64,000 nucleotides of DNA from Abditibacteriaceae bacterium (GTDB taxonomy: Bacteria; Armatimonadota; Abditibacteriia; Abditibacteriales; Abditibacteriaceae): assembly GCA_965277285.1 (NCBI GenBank), contig OZ255721.1:128001-192000 (forward strand). Direction: 5' to 3'. Of the stretch, positions 9,879-19,433 are shown one piece after another. Position 1 is the first letter of the stretch. Each line of letters opens with the position of its first letter. The notes under the pieces are model-generated. The model was not told where the DNA came from. It searched no databases and saw nothing but the letters and a program-made list of their open reading frames with translations. A program made the position numbers and the translations under genes.

Positions 9879-11216
9879 TTATTCCGTTCCTGTTAAGCGG
9901 CGGATTTCAGCTTCTGTAGGAAGGTTGTCAACACTTTGGCCAGCTTGAAGGTTTTGCGGCAAAGTGATGGCGACGGTGCGCGTGCGTCCGCCCAAAGTCA
10001 CGGTTTTGCGGCGATTGGAAGAAATCGTGCCCGTAGTTTGAAGTTCGTCCATCGCGTCTTGCAGCATTTTGGTCATTGGCGCGTTGCCCAAACGCCGCGT
10101 AATTTCCATCGCCTGATGCAGTTTTTGTTGCGCGGTTTTGGCGTCGCGTTTGGCGCCAATCATGGCGTCGCGCACCAGGCGGTCGGCGTTTTTTTGCTGC
10201 ACATAACCCAGAACTTCGGCGTCCACAGCGGTTGTCGCACTCGCGTCTTCGGTGAAGGAAACCGTCAAATCCTGCGGCGCGATTTCCTGTCTCGGCGCAC
10301 CGGAGGCGTTTTGTCCACTAATCAGAAGTTGTGCCAGGCGTGCGCGACCAACGGGACGCGGCAAGCCTTCGACGACGAACTCCATCACAAAAACCGAATA
10401 ATCGCCGGATGCAATGTTTCCCAAACGCAACGCTTGAGTACTCGAAAGCGCGACATCCGAAAGGCTGGGGTAAACGCGCGTCACGCTTTCCAAACGCACG
10501 CCTTTGACAGCGCGAACTTCCAGTTGCACATCGGTGACGACTTCGCGCGCTGTCAATCGCGCTTCGCTTTGCAAAACGCCGCGCAGCTCTTCAGTCTGGT
10601 TCAAGTGATAAGGCCGACCTTGCGTCGTGTCGGCCAGGTCGCTGAGCAGATTTTCGTTGTAACTGTCTCCAACGCCGACCGCGACAATGGGAATGTTTTG
10701 CGCGCCAAAATGGGGCGCCATTTCGCGGCACAGCGTTTCATCTGAGGTTTCGCCATCAGTCAGAACGAGTACTCGATTGGCGTTGTGCGAGGTGTCTTCG
10801 CGCAGCAATTCGTTCCAGGCGGCGCGCAAGCCTTCGCTCAAGCGCGTGCCGCCGGACGAATGCGTCAAATCGTCCAATGCCGCGCGCGCCAGAGCGCCAT
10901 CGCCAAGTGACGAGAGCGGCAATAAAACGCGCGCCGCATCGCTAAACGCAATAATCGAAACTTTGTCTTCGGCCTGCAGATTTTCGCCGCCCAGCAACGA
11001 ACGCACGGCGGAAACCGCGCTTTCCAATTTGGAAGAGGAACCCACGCGGTCGTCCATCGAACCACTGGAATCAATCACAAAAACAAAAGCGCAAGCGGCG
11101 CGGGCGGATGTTTGCTGAACCTGCGGAATGATTTTCAGCAAGGCGAAGATTTTTTGTGGCGCGGCGGTTGAAGCGGCTAAATACGCGCGATGCGGCTTGA
11201 AGAAAACATGAAGCAT
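9879..11216 (-). CDS. von Willebrand factor A domain protein
   Basis: MIDAS motif DSSGSM, GGT, LTDGE, VGVGDSYNENLL. Confidence 0.88.
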   Translation of the reverse strand: MLHVFFKPHRAYLAASTAAPQKIFALLKIIPQVQQTSARAACAFVFVIDSSGSMDDRVGSSSKLESAVSAVRSLLGGENLQAEDKVSIIAFSDAARVLLPLSSLGDGALARAALDDLTHSSGGTRLSEGLRAAWNELLREDTSHNANRVLVLTDGETSDETLCREMAPHFGAQNIPIVAVGVGDSYNENLLSDLADTTQGRPYHLNQTEELRGVLQSEARLTAREVVTDVQLEVRAVKGVRLESVTRVYPSLSDVALSSTQALRLGNIASGDYSVFVMEFVVEGLPRPVGRARLAQLLISGQNASGAPRQEIAPQDLTVSFTEDASATTAVDAEVLGYVQQKNADRLVRDAMIGAKRDAKTAQQKLHQAMEITRRLGNAPMTKMLQDAMDELQTTGTISSNRRKTVTLGGRTRTVAITLPQNLQAGQSVDNLPTEAEIRRLTGTE

Positions 11217-11259
11217 TGGCTCCTATTTTACTGGAAGATCCCGGGCTTGATATGAACCA

Positions 11260-11343
11260 AAGAACCCTGAGCGTCAGCGACGGGTGAAGCGCATTTCTTG
11301 CATTGAACTGTGAGTTCACCCGTCGCTGACGCTCAGGGTTCTT
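11260..11343. repeat. REP-like inverted repeat, family A
   Basis: Perfect arms of about 29 bp: AAGAACCCTGAGCGTCAGCGACGGGTGAA / TTCACCCGTCGCTGACGCTCAGGGTTCTT. Confidence 0.8.
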
Positions 11344-11405
11344 GGTGACCAATTGCTTGTAAAATGAATGCCGCTTAATTTCCTTTCATCGAGTACTCGA
11401 TTCCC

Positions 11406-12932
11406 ATGACTTCAACCCACAACGACAACAAAATCACGCGCCGCCGCTTTTTGCAAATCGCCGGAGGCACCACGTTTCTCGCTCTAATTCCGCTGACGCG
11501 CGGCTGCTATGCGCTGCCCGCCGATGGCACGCGACGCAACAATCTGCTGTTTACGGCTTTGCCGTACCTTCAGCCGGGCAACAATTCGCGCTTGATCGAC
11601 GGGCACGAAAGCGTTGTCATCGCGTGGCAAACCGAAAACAAAGCCGCGCACTTCCAAGTCGCGTGGGGCGCAAGCGAACATTATGGACAGGGCGCGACGG
11701 TATCGCACAACGCGCGCACGTCCGGAGATCGTGGCGAAATGCGACTGGTTTACAGCGCGACGATTCCCAATTTGAAGTTGGGACGCCGCTATTTTTACGT
11801 CGTGAAATGCGATGGCCAAACGGTTCTCAAAGGTTTCTTCACGACGCGTCAGCCACGCGGTTCGAGTACTCGATTTGTCGCATTTGGCGATAACTCTTAT
11901 GGCGGCGTCAGCGATCACCGCATCGCATATCAGGCGTGGAAAGCGCGCCCCGATTTCGTGATGAATACGGGCGACAACGTTTACGACGCGGGACGCAATT
12001 CCGATTACGAACGCAACTTTTTCCCGATTTACAATTCCGACCAAACCGGCTTGGAAACCGGCGCGCCGCTGCTGCGCTCCGTTCCGTTTTACACGGTTCT
12101 GGGGAACCACGACGTTCCTCACAAGGACGCGGATCATCATCCGCTGGCCGACTTCGACAAAGACCCAGACGCGCTCGCTTTTTACACCGCGATGCACCTT
12201 CCGCTGAACGCGCCGATGCCGCAACATCCGACGCCGACGCAAGGCAGCGCGCACCACGACGAGTTTTTGCGCTGTGCCGCAAGCCGCTTTCCGCGCATGG
12301 CGAACTATTCCTTCGATTACGGCGACGCACACTTTTTGTGCTTGGATTCCAACCTTTATGTCGATCCGACAAATATGGCTTTACAACGCTGGATCGAAGC
12401 CGATCTGCGTTCGACCCGCGCGCTTTGGAAGTTCGTGGCGTGGCATCATCCGGCTTTCAACATCGGCGACGAGCATTATAAAGAGCAGCAAATGCGCGCT
12501 TTGTCGCCACTTTTGGAACGTTGCGGCGTTGACGTTGTATTGCACGGCCACGAACACAACTATCAACGCACGCGGCCTTTGCGTTTCGCGCCCTCGAATC
12601 TGGAAAAAGCGCGCAAAATCGGCGTCGGTGATCGTCGCACGCCGGGCACATTCCACGTTGACCGCGCCTTTGACGGACACCAAAACACGCGTCCCAACGG
12701 CATCATTTACATCGTGACGGGCGCGGGCGGCAACAACCTGTACGATCCTGAAATCAACGACAATCCGCGCCACTGGAAACACGAAGACGACAACAATGTC
12801 GAATATATGGCGCGCGCCGTTTCAGATCGCCATTCGCTGTCAGTTTTTGAGATCCGAGGCAAAACGCTTTACATGGCGCAAATCGACGAATGGGGCAAAA
12901 CGATTGATAGAATCACAGTGACCAAAGCCTGA
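11406..12932 (+). CDS. Tat-exported metallophosphoesterase (purple acid phosphatase-like)
   Basis: TRRRFLQ signal; GD, TGDNVY, GNHD, WHHP, GHEHNY motifs. Confidence 0.88.
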   Translation: MTSTHNDNKITRRRFLQIAGGTTFLALIPLTRGCYALPADGTRRNNLLFTALPYLQPGNNSRLIDGHESVVIAWQTENKAAHFQVAWGASEHYGQGATVSHNARTSGDRGEMRLVYSATIPNLKLGRRYFYVVKCDGQTVLKGFFTTRQPRGSSTRFVAFGDNSYGGVSDHRIAYQAWKARPDFVMNTGDNVYDAGRNSDYERNFFPIYNSDQTGLETGAPLLRSVPFYTVLGNHDVPHKDADHHPLADFDKDPDALAFYTAMHLPLNAPMPQHPTPTQGSAHHDEFLRCAASRFPRMANYSFDYGDAHFLCLDSNLYVDPTNMALQRWIEADLRSTRALWKFVAWHHPAFNIGDEHYKEQQMRALSPLLERCGVDVVLHGHEHNYQRTRPLRFAPSNLEKARKIGVGDRRTPGTFHVDRAFDGHQNTRPNGIIYIVTGAGGNNLYDPEINDNPRHWKHEDDNNVEYMARAVSDRHSLSVFEIRGKTLYMAQIDEWGKTIDRITVTKA

Positions 12933-12976
12933 TTCGAGTACTCGAATCAGCCAACAAATCGCGTCATAATTGATGT

Positions 12977-13162
12977 GTGAAAGTCAAGGAAATTATTGAC
13001 ATTGTTCAAAAAGATGGCTGGTATCTGGTGCGCACGACCGGCAGCCATCGGCAATTTCATCATGCCACAAAATCTGGAACGGTGACGGTGGCGGGAAAGC
13101 GAAGCCAAGATTTGGCGGTTGGAACTGCCAACAACATTTTGAAACAAGCGGGTTTGAGATAA
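12977..13162 (+). CDS. hicA: HicA toxin (mRNA interferase)
   Basis: 61 aa; GWYLVRTTGSHRQFHH...GTANNILKQAGL. Confidence 0.88.
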   Translation: MKVKEIIDIVQKDGWYLVRTTGSHRQFHHATKSGTVTVAGKRSQDLAVGTANNILKQAGLR

Positions 13163-13174
13163 TCGGAGACAAAA

Positions 13175-13384
13175 ATGCAATACACAATTATCATCGAGAA
13201 AACCGGCAATGGTTATAGCGCCTACGCGCCCGACTTATTGGGCTGCATTGCGGCAGCGGAAACGCGTGAAGAGACCAGCCAGTTGATGCACGAAGCGATT
13301 GAACTTCATCTGGAAGATATGCGCGCGACCGGCCAGACAATTCCGCAGCCGACGACTTTTAGCGAATTGGTCGAAGTCGCCTGA
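13175..13384 (+). CDS. hicB: HicB antitoxin (short form, no DNA-binding domain)
   Basis: YSAYAPDLLGCIAAAETREE..AIELHLE..G.TIPQP; GGAG RBS; directly follows hicA. Confidence 0.88.
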   Translation: MQYTIIIEKTGNGYSAYAPDLLGCIAAAETREETSQLMHEAIELHLEDMRATGQTIPQPTTFSELVEVA

Positions 13385-13407
13385 TTTCGAGTACTCGAAA
13401 CAAACTC

Positions 13408-13917
13408 ATGGGAATGAATTCCATTGTTAGCGGTTACATTGAAGTAACAGATCGGAAGAAAGATTGGCGTTATAACAGGCGCGTCATCGAACATTTTCCT
13501 TTCGATGATGTTTATCCTTTCACCAACATATTTTGGTTCGATTCGCCTGCGCGGTACTTTCTTCCGTTGATTGGTTTCGTCGGCTCTTACAAGCAAATTG
13601 ACGAAGATTGGCCGGAATGGATGTGGAAGCTTTCAACTTTGCTTTCTCGATTGATTGCTGTGAGTGCAACAGTGCGTTTGGAATGTATTATGGGCGAGTA
13701 TTTCTGGGATTTAGAACCCGAAAGTTACACAATTTCTTCTGTGGGTGAAAACTGGGACATCATAAACGCATCAGAGAACGATTTCCTCCTTCACGCCGAT
13801 TACATGGCTGCATGGGAAGCAGATCAAAAACGGCGTGGCAATGTTTTGGAAGGTTGGCAACCTCCGAAACGTTCTGTTCCCCACTGGAGACGCGGTTTAG
13901 AAGACTCGCGCAGTTGA
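13408..13917 (+). CDS. Hypothetical protein (aromatic-rich, lower GC)
   Basis: 169-aa ORF filling the gap between hicB and the rpsL promoter. Confidence 0.6.
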   Translation: MGMNSIVSGYIEVTDRKKDWRYNRRVIEHFPFDDVYPFTNIFWFDSPARYFLPLIGFVGSYKQIDEDWPEWMWKLSTLLSRLIAVSATVRLECIMGEYFWDLEPESYTISSVGENWDIINASENDFLLHADYMAAWEADQKRRGNVLEGWQPPKRSVPHWRRGLEDSRS

Positions 13918-13921
13918 AACC

Positions 13922-13950
13922 TTGCAACGAGGAAAACTCGCTGCTATAAT
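13922..13950 (+). promoter_or_regulatory. Sigma70-type promoter of rpsL-rpsG
   Basis: TTGCAA-N17-TATAAT with extended -10 TG. Confidence 0.75.
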
Positions 13951-14083
13951 AGTCATGCTCTTCGCACGACAGGCGCGTTTTGCGCCACGCGAAGGGCTTT
14001 TATATGCCGGTTGGTCGGGCGCATAAATCCTTAAAAACGTTTGAACCCATACAGTTTTCGTTTGTAAAAGTCAGGAGTGTTTG

Positions 14084-14530
14084 ATGCCGACAATTTCGCA
14101 GTTGATTCGTAAAGGCCGCAAGCCCGCGCCCAAGAAAAATAGCACGAGCGCTTTCAAAGAAGCCTACAACACCGTCAAAGGCGTTTCGACGCCCGATTAC
14201 GTGGCGCCCTTGATGCGCGGCGTTTGCTTGCAGGTCAAAACCGACAAGCCGAAAAAGCCGAACTCGGCGCTGCGTGCCAAGGCGCGCATTCGCTTGTCGA
14301 ACAAGAAAGAAATCACCGCCTACATCCCGGGCGAAAAGCACAACCTGCAAGAGCACAGCGTCGTTTTGGTGCGCGGCGGTCGTGTCAAAGATATGCCGGG
14401 CATCAAGTATAAGGTCGTGCGTGGCGCTCTGGATTGCTCCGGTGTCGCCGACCGCAAGCGCAGCCGCTCGAAATACGGCACCAAGAAGCCCAAGGCCGGC
14501 GCCGCAGCCGCGCCCGCCAAAAAGAAATAA
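14084..14530 (+). CDS. rpsL: 30S ribosomal protein S12
   Basis: [51 protein letters not shown]. Confidence 0.97.
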   Translation: MPTISQLIRKGRKPAPKKNSTSAFKEAYNTVKGVSTPDYVAPLMRGVCLQVKTDKPKKPNSALRAKARIRLSNKKEITAYIPGEKHNLQEHSVVLVRGGRVKDMPGIKYKVVRGALDCSGVADRKRSRSKYGTKKPKAGAAAAPAKKK

Positions 14531-14593
14531 GAGACGAACCCCAGTTATCGAGTACTCGATAGCTGGGGTTAACAGTTTGAACGGAGTGAATCA

Positions 14594-15064
14594 ATGAGTC
14601 GCAAAGGCCCACAGAAAAAGACCATGACACCGGGCGATCCGGTTTTCAATTCGATGTTGGTGCAGCGTTTCATCAACCAGATGATGTATGACGGCAAGAA
14701 GTCGAAAGCCGAAGCCATCTTCTACGGCGCGCTGTCGCAGATCGAAGAAAAAAGCGGGCGCAATCCGCTGGAAGTTTTCGCATTGGCGATCAAGAACATC
14801 GCGCCCGCCGTTGAAGTGCGCGCGCGTCGCGTCGGCGGACAAAGCTATCAGGTTCCCAGCGAAGTGCGTCCCGAGCGCAAGATGACGCTGGCGATTCGCT
14901 GGACGTTGCAGAACACGCGCAAGCGCAGCGAAAAAACGATGCAGGACAAACTCGCCTCGGAATTGATGGACGCGTCGCGCGGTTCGGGCGGCTCGGTCAA
15001 AAAGAAAGAAGACACGCACCGCATGGCCGAATCTAATAAAATGTTCGCGCACTATCGCTGGTAA
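14594..15064 (+). CDS. rpsG: 30S ribosomal protein S7
   Basis: DGKKSKAE, VEVRARRVGGQSYQVP, KKKEDTHRMAESNKMFAHYRW. Confidence 0.97.
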   Translation: MSRKGPQKKTMTPGDPVFNSMLVQRFINQMMYDGKKSKAEAIFYGALSQIEEKSGRNPLEVFALAIKNIAPAVEVRARRVGGQSYQVPSEVRPERKMTLAIRWTLQNTRKRSEKTMQDKLASELMDASRGSGGSVKKKEDTHRMAESNKMFAHYRW

Positions 15065-15095
15065 ATCCGCCGACACAGTACCGAGTACTCGATAC

Positions 15096-15136
15096 ACGAA
15101 AAAGCCCGCAACAATGAATGTTGTGGGCTTTTTCGT
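15096..15136. terminator. Bidirectional intrinsic terminator after rpsG
   Basis: ACGAAAAAGCCCGCAACA ... TGTTGTGGGCTTTTTCGT between convergent genes. Confidence 0.8.
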
Positions 15137-15139
15137 CCA

Positions 15140-15817
15140 TCACTTCGTGGTTCGCGTTGTTTCGTAGGACGTTAACATCTGAATTGTTTCGCGCACGATT
15201 TGGTCGCATTCGTCGCGCTCTTTGTCGTCGGTGACATAAAAGTCGCAGCCCTGCGAATTGTCGAAACCGCGCGCTTTGGAAAGGGCGATGTCGCCGAAGA
15301 AAAAATCGGGCAAAACGCGCAGGGATTTCTTCAACTGGTTATATTTTTCGATCTGCGCTTTTTCGGCTACGTTGCTTGGCAGAAAATAATCATATTTGTG
15401 CGAGATTCGCTGTTTTGAGAGCGATACATAAAGCGTCTGTAAATGTTGTTCTATTGCCTCGTTATCCGCTTTTAACCGTTTGTAGTCGGCGGATGAGACG
15501 AAAGAAACAACGCGAAACGTGATCTCGAATTGTTGCGGTGTCGGCGCGTTAGGAGCGTCGGGCATATTAGGCCAGGTTGTTTCCATCAACACCGGTTTGA
15601 GACGCGTCACTTTGAGCCATTGATACTGTGGCTCATAAGTCGCTTTCCAGCCTGCAGGAAGTTGCGCTCGAATTTTTGTCATCAAAAGCTGAACTGTGCG
15701 CGTCTGTTTTTGCGATGTCAAAGCTGACGATGGACTTTTTGGACCCGCGAACGCCGATTTTGGCGAGACGATGAACAACGAAGCGACGATAAAAGAAATG
15801 GCAACTTGACGTTTCAT
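15140..15817 (-). CDS. Secreted hypothetical protein
   Basis: Signal peptide MKRQVAISFIVASLFIVSPKSAFA; TACAAT 6 nt upstream of the ATG. Confidence 0.65.
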   Translation of the reverse strand: MKRQVAISFIVASLFIVSPKSAFAGPKSPSSALTSQKQTRTVQLLMTKIRAQLPAGWKATYEPQYQWLKVTRLKPVLMETTWPNMPDAPNAPTPQQFEITFRVVSFVSSADYKRLKADNEAIEQHLQTLYVSLSKQRISHKYDYFLPSNVAEKAQIEKYNQLKKSLRVLPDFFFGDIALSKARGFDNSQGCDFYVTDDKERDECDQIVRETIQMLTSYETTRTTK

Positions 15818-15907
15818 AACGCGATTGTAACTTAAATTGACTACTCGATATACCAGAAGCGGCGCGAACTTCAAATGTTCGCGCCGCTTTCTTATTGTTA
15901 TCGGCTT

Positions 15908-16942
15908 TTATTTGGCGTCGACGACAAAGCCTTTCAAGTCCATCTTTTTCTTGGCTAAGCCAACCTGAAAAACCAGATCGGCGAAGCGTTGTAAATCGGC
16001 TTCTTTGGCGTCGGTCGTGAAGTGAATCGTCGCAAACGCTTTTTTGGCGATGTCGGGCGACAAGGTTTTCTTCGAGACTTTGCTCCACGCCGCGAGAACG
16101 CGATCATCGCCTTTTTGTGGGTCTTTGTTCAAGTCGTCGGTGATGATGTTGTTGGCCGCGATGAACTTCTTGATGAAATCGGGATGCGCCTGCGCGAACG
16201 CTTTGGTCGTGTAAATCGAACCCGCCAGATAATTGCCGTTGTCCAGCATCGCTTTCCAATCGACTAAAGGACGCGCCTTCGCCTTGACTTCGGCCTGCGA
16301 CGGCCAGGGCGCCGGAGCCGCGACCGCATCGGCATCGCCGCTCGTGAGAGCTTCGGCTTGCTGCGCCGGATCAATGGCGATAATTTTGACATCTTTGTCG
16401 GGAACCAGGTTGGCTTTGAGCAAGTTGTAGCGCACCAGAGCATCAACCGTCGAACCCAGTTGATTGACGCCGACGATTTTGCCTTTCAAATCGGCCACTG
16501 TTTTGATCGGCGAATCGCCCTTCACGCTGAGTTCCGTTCCGCCTGTCGCGCCGCCGCCAAGCAGCACAATATCGCCGTCTTTGGCATACGCTTTCATCGG
16601 CGGAAAAACGCCCGAGCAACCGATTTGCACGACGCCCGAACGCAAGGCTTCGATCACATCGGGGCCAGCTTTGAAAACTTGTCCGCTAAACGTGACGCCC
16701 GGAACGTTCTTCGCGTAAGCGCCTTCGCCCAGACCAATCAGCGGCTGCGGCTGCACAATCGCCGGATTGTAGCCGATAGCTACGCTTGTCACATCGCCGC
16801 CATTTCCAGTACTCGATGAGGTATTTGTCGTTGCTCCACCAGCGCTGTTATCTGGTGCGCCGCCGTTGTTGCCGCCGCATCCGGCCAAAACCAGGACGCC
16901 AAACAACGCTGTACTCCAGCCAAAAAACTGGGGCTTCTTCAT
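15908..16942 (-). CDS. Sulfonate/nitrate/taurine-type ABC substrate-binding lipoprotein (SsuA-like)
   Basis: Lipobox LAGC; IKTVADLKGK.VGV..LGST; last gene of the ABC operon. Confidence 0.85.
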   Translation of the reverse strand: MKKPQFFGWSTALFGVLVLAGCGGNNGGAPDNSAGGATTNTSSSTGNGGDVTSVAIGYNPAIVQPQPLIGLGEGAYAKNVPGVTFSGQVFKAGPDVIEALRSGVVQIGCSGVFPPMKAYAKDGDIVLLGGGATGGTELSVKGDSPIKTVADLKGKIVGVNQLGSTVDALVRYNLLKANLVPDKDVKIIAIDPAQQAEALTSGDADAVAAPAPWPSQAEVKAKARPLVDWKAMLDNGNYLAGSIYTTKAFAQAHPDFIKKFIAANNIITDDLNKDPQKGDDRVLAAWSKVSKKTLSPDIAKKAFATIHFTTDAKEADLQRFADLVFQVGLAKKKMDLKGFVVDAK

Positions 16943-16992
16943 TCTCTCTCCTTAAACTGAACGACTAAAAATTGGAATTTGTGACGATAAAA

Positions 16993-18132
16993 CTACGACG
17001 CATTCAAGCCCCACAGCGTGCGCAGGCGGCGTTCGACGGGCGCGAAGATCAAGGCTTGCGTTCCCAGTCCGATGACGATGATGACCAGAATTGTTGAAAT
17101 AACACCTTCCATGTCGCCATTGGCGCGGTCGTTGTCCAGTAATTGCCCCAGGCTGACCGTGCTGACGATCAGCTCCGCCGCCATCAGCGAGCGCCATGCG
17201 AACGACCACGCGACTTTCAAACCCGTGACAATGCCCGGCAAAGCCGACGGCAACAACACGCTGAAATAAAGTCGCAGGCCGCCCGCGCCAAGCGTTCGTC
17301 CGGCGCGCGACATCAGCGGCGGAACCTGGCGAATGCCGTCTGCAACTGCAATCACAGTGGCGAACAAAGCGCCCATAATCGTGACGAACAAAATCGGCCA
17401 TTCGCCGAAGCGTCCCATCCACAGCATCGCCAGAGGAACCCAGCAAATCGATGGCAGCGATTGCAGCGAAACCGACATCCATCCCAGTGTTTTATCGGCC
17501 AGTCGAAAGCGCGCCACGATCAAACCCAGCGGAAAACCAAACGCGACCGCAATGCCGTAGCCTTCCAGCAAGCGCCTCATGCTGCCCCAAATCGCGGGCG
17601 GATAACTCGCCTGACGCATCGCCTGCCACAACGAATGCGGCATCGTATCACCGGGCGCGGGCTGAAAACTGTGTGTCAAATACGACAAACCGAAGCCGTT
17701 CCACAGCCACAATCCGACTTCCGCCGGAGAACGAAACAGCGCAGGCGACCAGCGTCCAGTCTTGGACACCAGATACCAGTGCGCGACTTGCCACGCCACG
17801 AGCAACGCCAGAACAAAAGCCGCGCGCGTGAAAAAATCGCCCCAGGCGGCGCGTCTTGCCTGCGCTTTGCTACTTTTTGACGCCTTTCGAGTACTCGATT
17901 GAGTCGCTGGCGCGCCCGCCAAATGCGACGCTGTGGCGGATGACAAAGCGGCGGCGTCTTTGTGCGACGAAACCTCTTCTAACGCGGAACTTTCTGACGC
18001 AGATTCGGGCGCGGAAGCGGGTTCCGACGCGACAGCTTCGTCCGCGTATGGGCTGCCAATGCGGATAACTTTGGGTTGGTGCGACGAGCGCGTTTTAAGC
18101 GGCACGCGTGCTTCCGGGAATCTCTCGGTCAT
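16993..18132 (-). CDS. ABC permease (SsuC/TauC-like) with long N-terminal extension
   Basis: LQSLPSICWVPLAMLWMG, LPSALPGIVTGLKVAWSFAWRSLMAAEL. Start uncertain. Confidence 0.85.
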   Translation of the reverse strand: MTERFPEARVPLKTRSSHQPKVIRIGSPYADEAVASEPASAPESASESSALEEVSSHKDAAALSSATASHLAGAPATQSSTRKASKSSKAQARRAAWGDFFTRAAFVLALLVAWQVAHWYLVSKTGRWSPALFRSPAEVGLWLWNGFGLSYLTHSFQPAPGDTMPHSLWQAMRQASYPPAIWGSMRRLLEGYGIAVAFGFPLGLIVARFRLADKTLGWMSVSLQSLPSICWVPLAMLWMGRFGEWPILFVTIMGALFATVIAVADGIRQVPPLMSRAGRTLGAGGLRLYFSVLLPSALPGIVTGLKVAWSFAWRSLMAAELIVSTVSLGQLLDNDRANGDMEGVISTILVIIVIGLGTQALIFAPVERRLRTLWGLNAS

Positions 18133-18901
18133 ATTCTTCAGCCTCGACTTTTGCGACTTCATCGCGCAACGATGCGCTAATTCTCGAAACCGCTTCGGCG
18201 ACCAAAGTTTCGGTCGTGCGACGCGGATACTCCAAATCTTCCAACGAGTACTCGACTTTGATGCGTCCTGGACGCGACGTAAACACGACCACGCGGGTCG
18301 CCAATGTCACAGCTTCGCGCACATTATGCGTCACAAAGACGACGGTTTTACGCGTTTCCTGCCAGATGTTGTGCAACTCGATGTGCAAGTGATCGCGCGT
18401 TTGCGCGTCTAATGCAGCGAACGGTTCGTCCATCAATAACACTTTCGGATCGACCGCCAGCGCGCGCGCCAGTGCGACGCGTTGCCTCATGCCGCCGGAA
18501 AGTTCGTGCGGCTGCGCGTCCGCGAACTGCCACAAATGAACCATCTTCAAGAACCGCTCGACCGTCGCCTCGCGCTCTTCTTTCGATTTGCGCAAACTTT
18601 TTAGGCCAAACGCGACGTTGTGACGCACGTTCATCCACGGAAAAAGCGCCGCTTCCTGAAACATCATCGCGCGCTCAATCGAAGGGCCGTTAACCGGCAC
18701 ACCGTCCAAAGTGACGCGCCCGCTCGTCGGTTTATCGAAGCCCGCCAGCATATTGCACAACGTCGATTTGCCGCAGCCCGAAGGCCCGACAAAACACACG
18801 AACTCGCCTTCTTCGATGCGCAAATTAATGCCGTCCAGCGCCGTTGTCAGGCCGGAGCGACCATTGAATTGTTTGCGTACATCGTCAAAAAGAATTTCCA
18901 T
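18095..18901 (-). CDS. ABC ATP-binding protein (SsuB/TauB-like)
   Basis: GPSGCGKST, LSGGMRQRVALARAL, LLMDEPF, VTHN. Confidence 0.92.
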   Translation of the reverse strand: MEILFDDVRKQFNGRSGLTTALDGINLRIEEGEFVCFVGPSGCGKSTLCNMLAGFDKPTSGRVTLDGVPVNGPSIERAMMFQEAALFPWMNVRHNVAFGLKSLRKSKEEREATVERFLKMVHLWQFADAQPHELSGGMRQRVALARALAVDPKVLLMDEPFAALDAQTRDHLHIELHNIWQETRKTVVFVTHNVREAVTLATRVVVFTSRPGRIKVEYSLEDLEYPRRTTETLVAEAVSRISASLRDEVAKVEAEEYDREIPGSTRAA

Positions 18902-18957
18902 GAGCGGGCGGCGAAAGAGTCAAGAGAGGAAAGTTGAGCGGACAGGCGCAAAAAAGT

Positions 18958-19158
18958 TTAGCCCCAGACTGTGGGCATGCGGTCGAAGCCGAACGGCGCG
19001 CGAACATTGTCCATGACGCGCAACCATTCGCCTGGTGTCAGGCGCTTTGTAGATTTGGTCGGGGAAGAAACAGTGCAAGTTTGGGTTTCGAGTACTCGAT
19101 TGTCGGTGGCAGGCGCGACAGACGGCGTTTGAGAATGTGTCGTGTTCGAGTTCGTCAT
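18958..19158 (-). CDS. Small hypothetical protein heading the ABC operon
   Basis: AGGAG 7 nt before the ATG; 66 aa. Confidence 0.55.
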   Translation of the reverse strand: MTNSNTTHSQTPSVAPATDNRVLETQTCTVSSPTKSTKRLTPGEWLRVMDNVRAPFGFDRMPTVWG

Positions 19159-19255
19159 CGGGCATCTCCTTGAGGTTTGTCAGGTTCCACAACGCAGGGC
19201 GCGTTTGTAACGCGGATGCGTTCAGCAGGCAGGTCGGTTGAGACAAGAAATGTCG

Positions 19256-19312
19256 TCAACAACATCGCTGCATGGAACAGGGACAAAGAAGAAACCGATG
19301 GAAATAGCGCAT
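19256..19312 (-). CDS. Putative leaderless Cys-rich leader peptide MRYFHRFLLCPCSMQRCC
   Basis: Translated by hand (absent from the ORF track). TAGATT -10 lies 6 nt upstream of the ATG; sits upstream of a sulfur-source ABC operon. Confidence 0.6.
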   Translation of the reverse strand: MRYFHRFLLCPCSMQRCC

Positions 19313-19433
19313 GATCTTAATCTACCTCGCGGGTAGGGTTGGAGTAATTGTAGAAAATCGCGCGCCAAAGGTCAAGAGTGCAAAAGGAAATATTCTCAAC
19401 TTGCGCTACGTTCCAGTGTGCGATAATCAAAAA

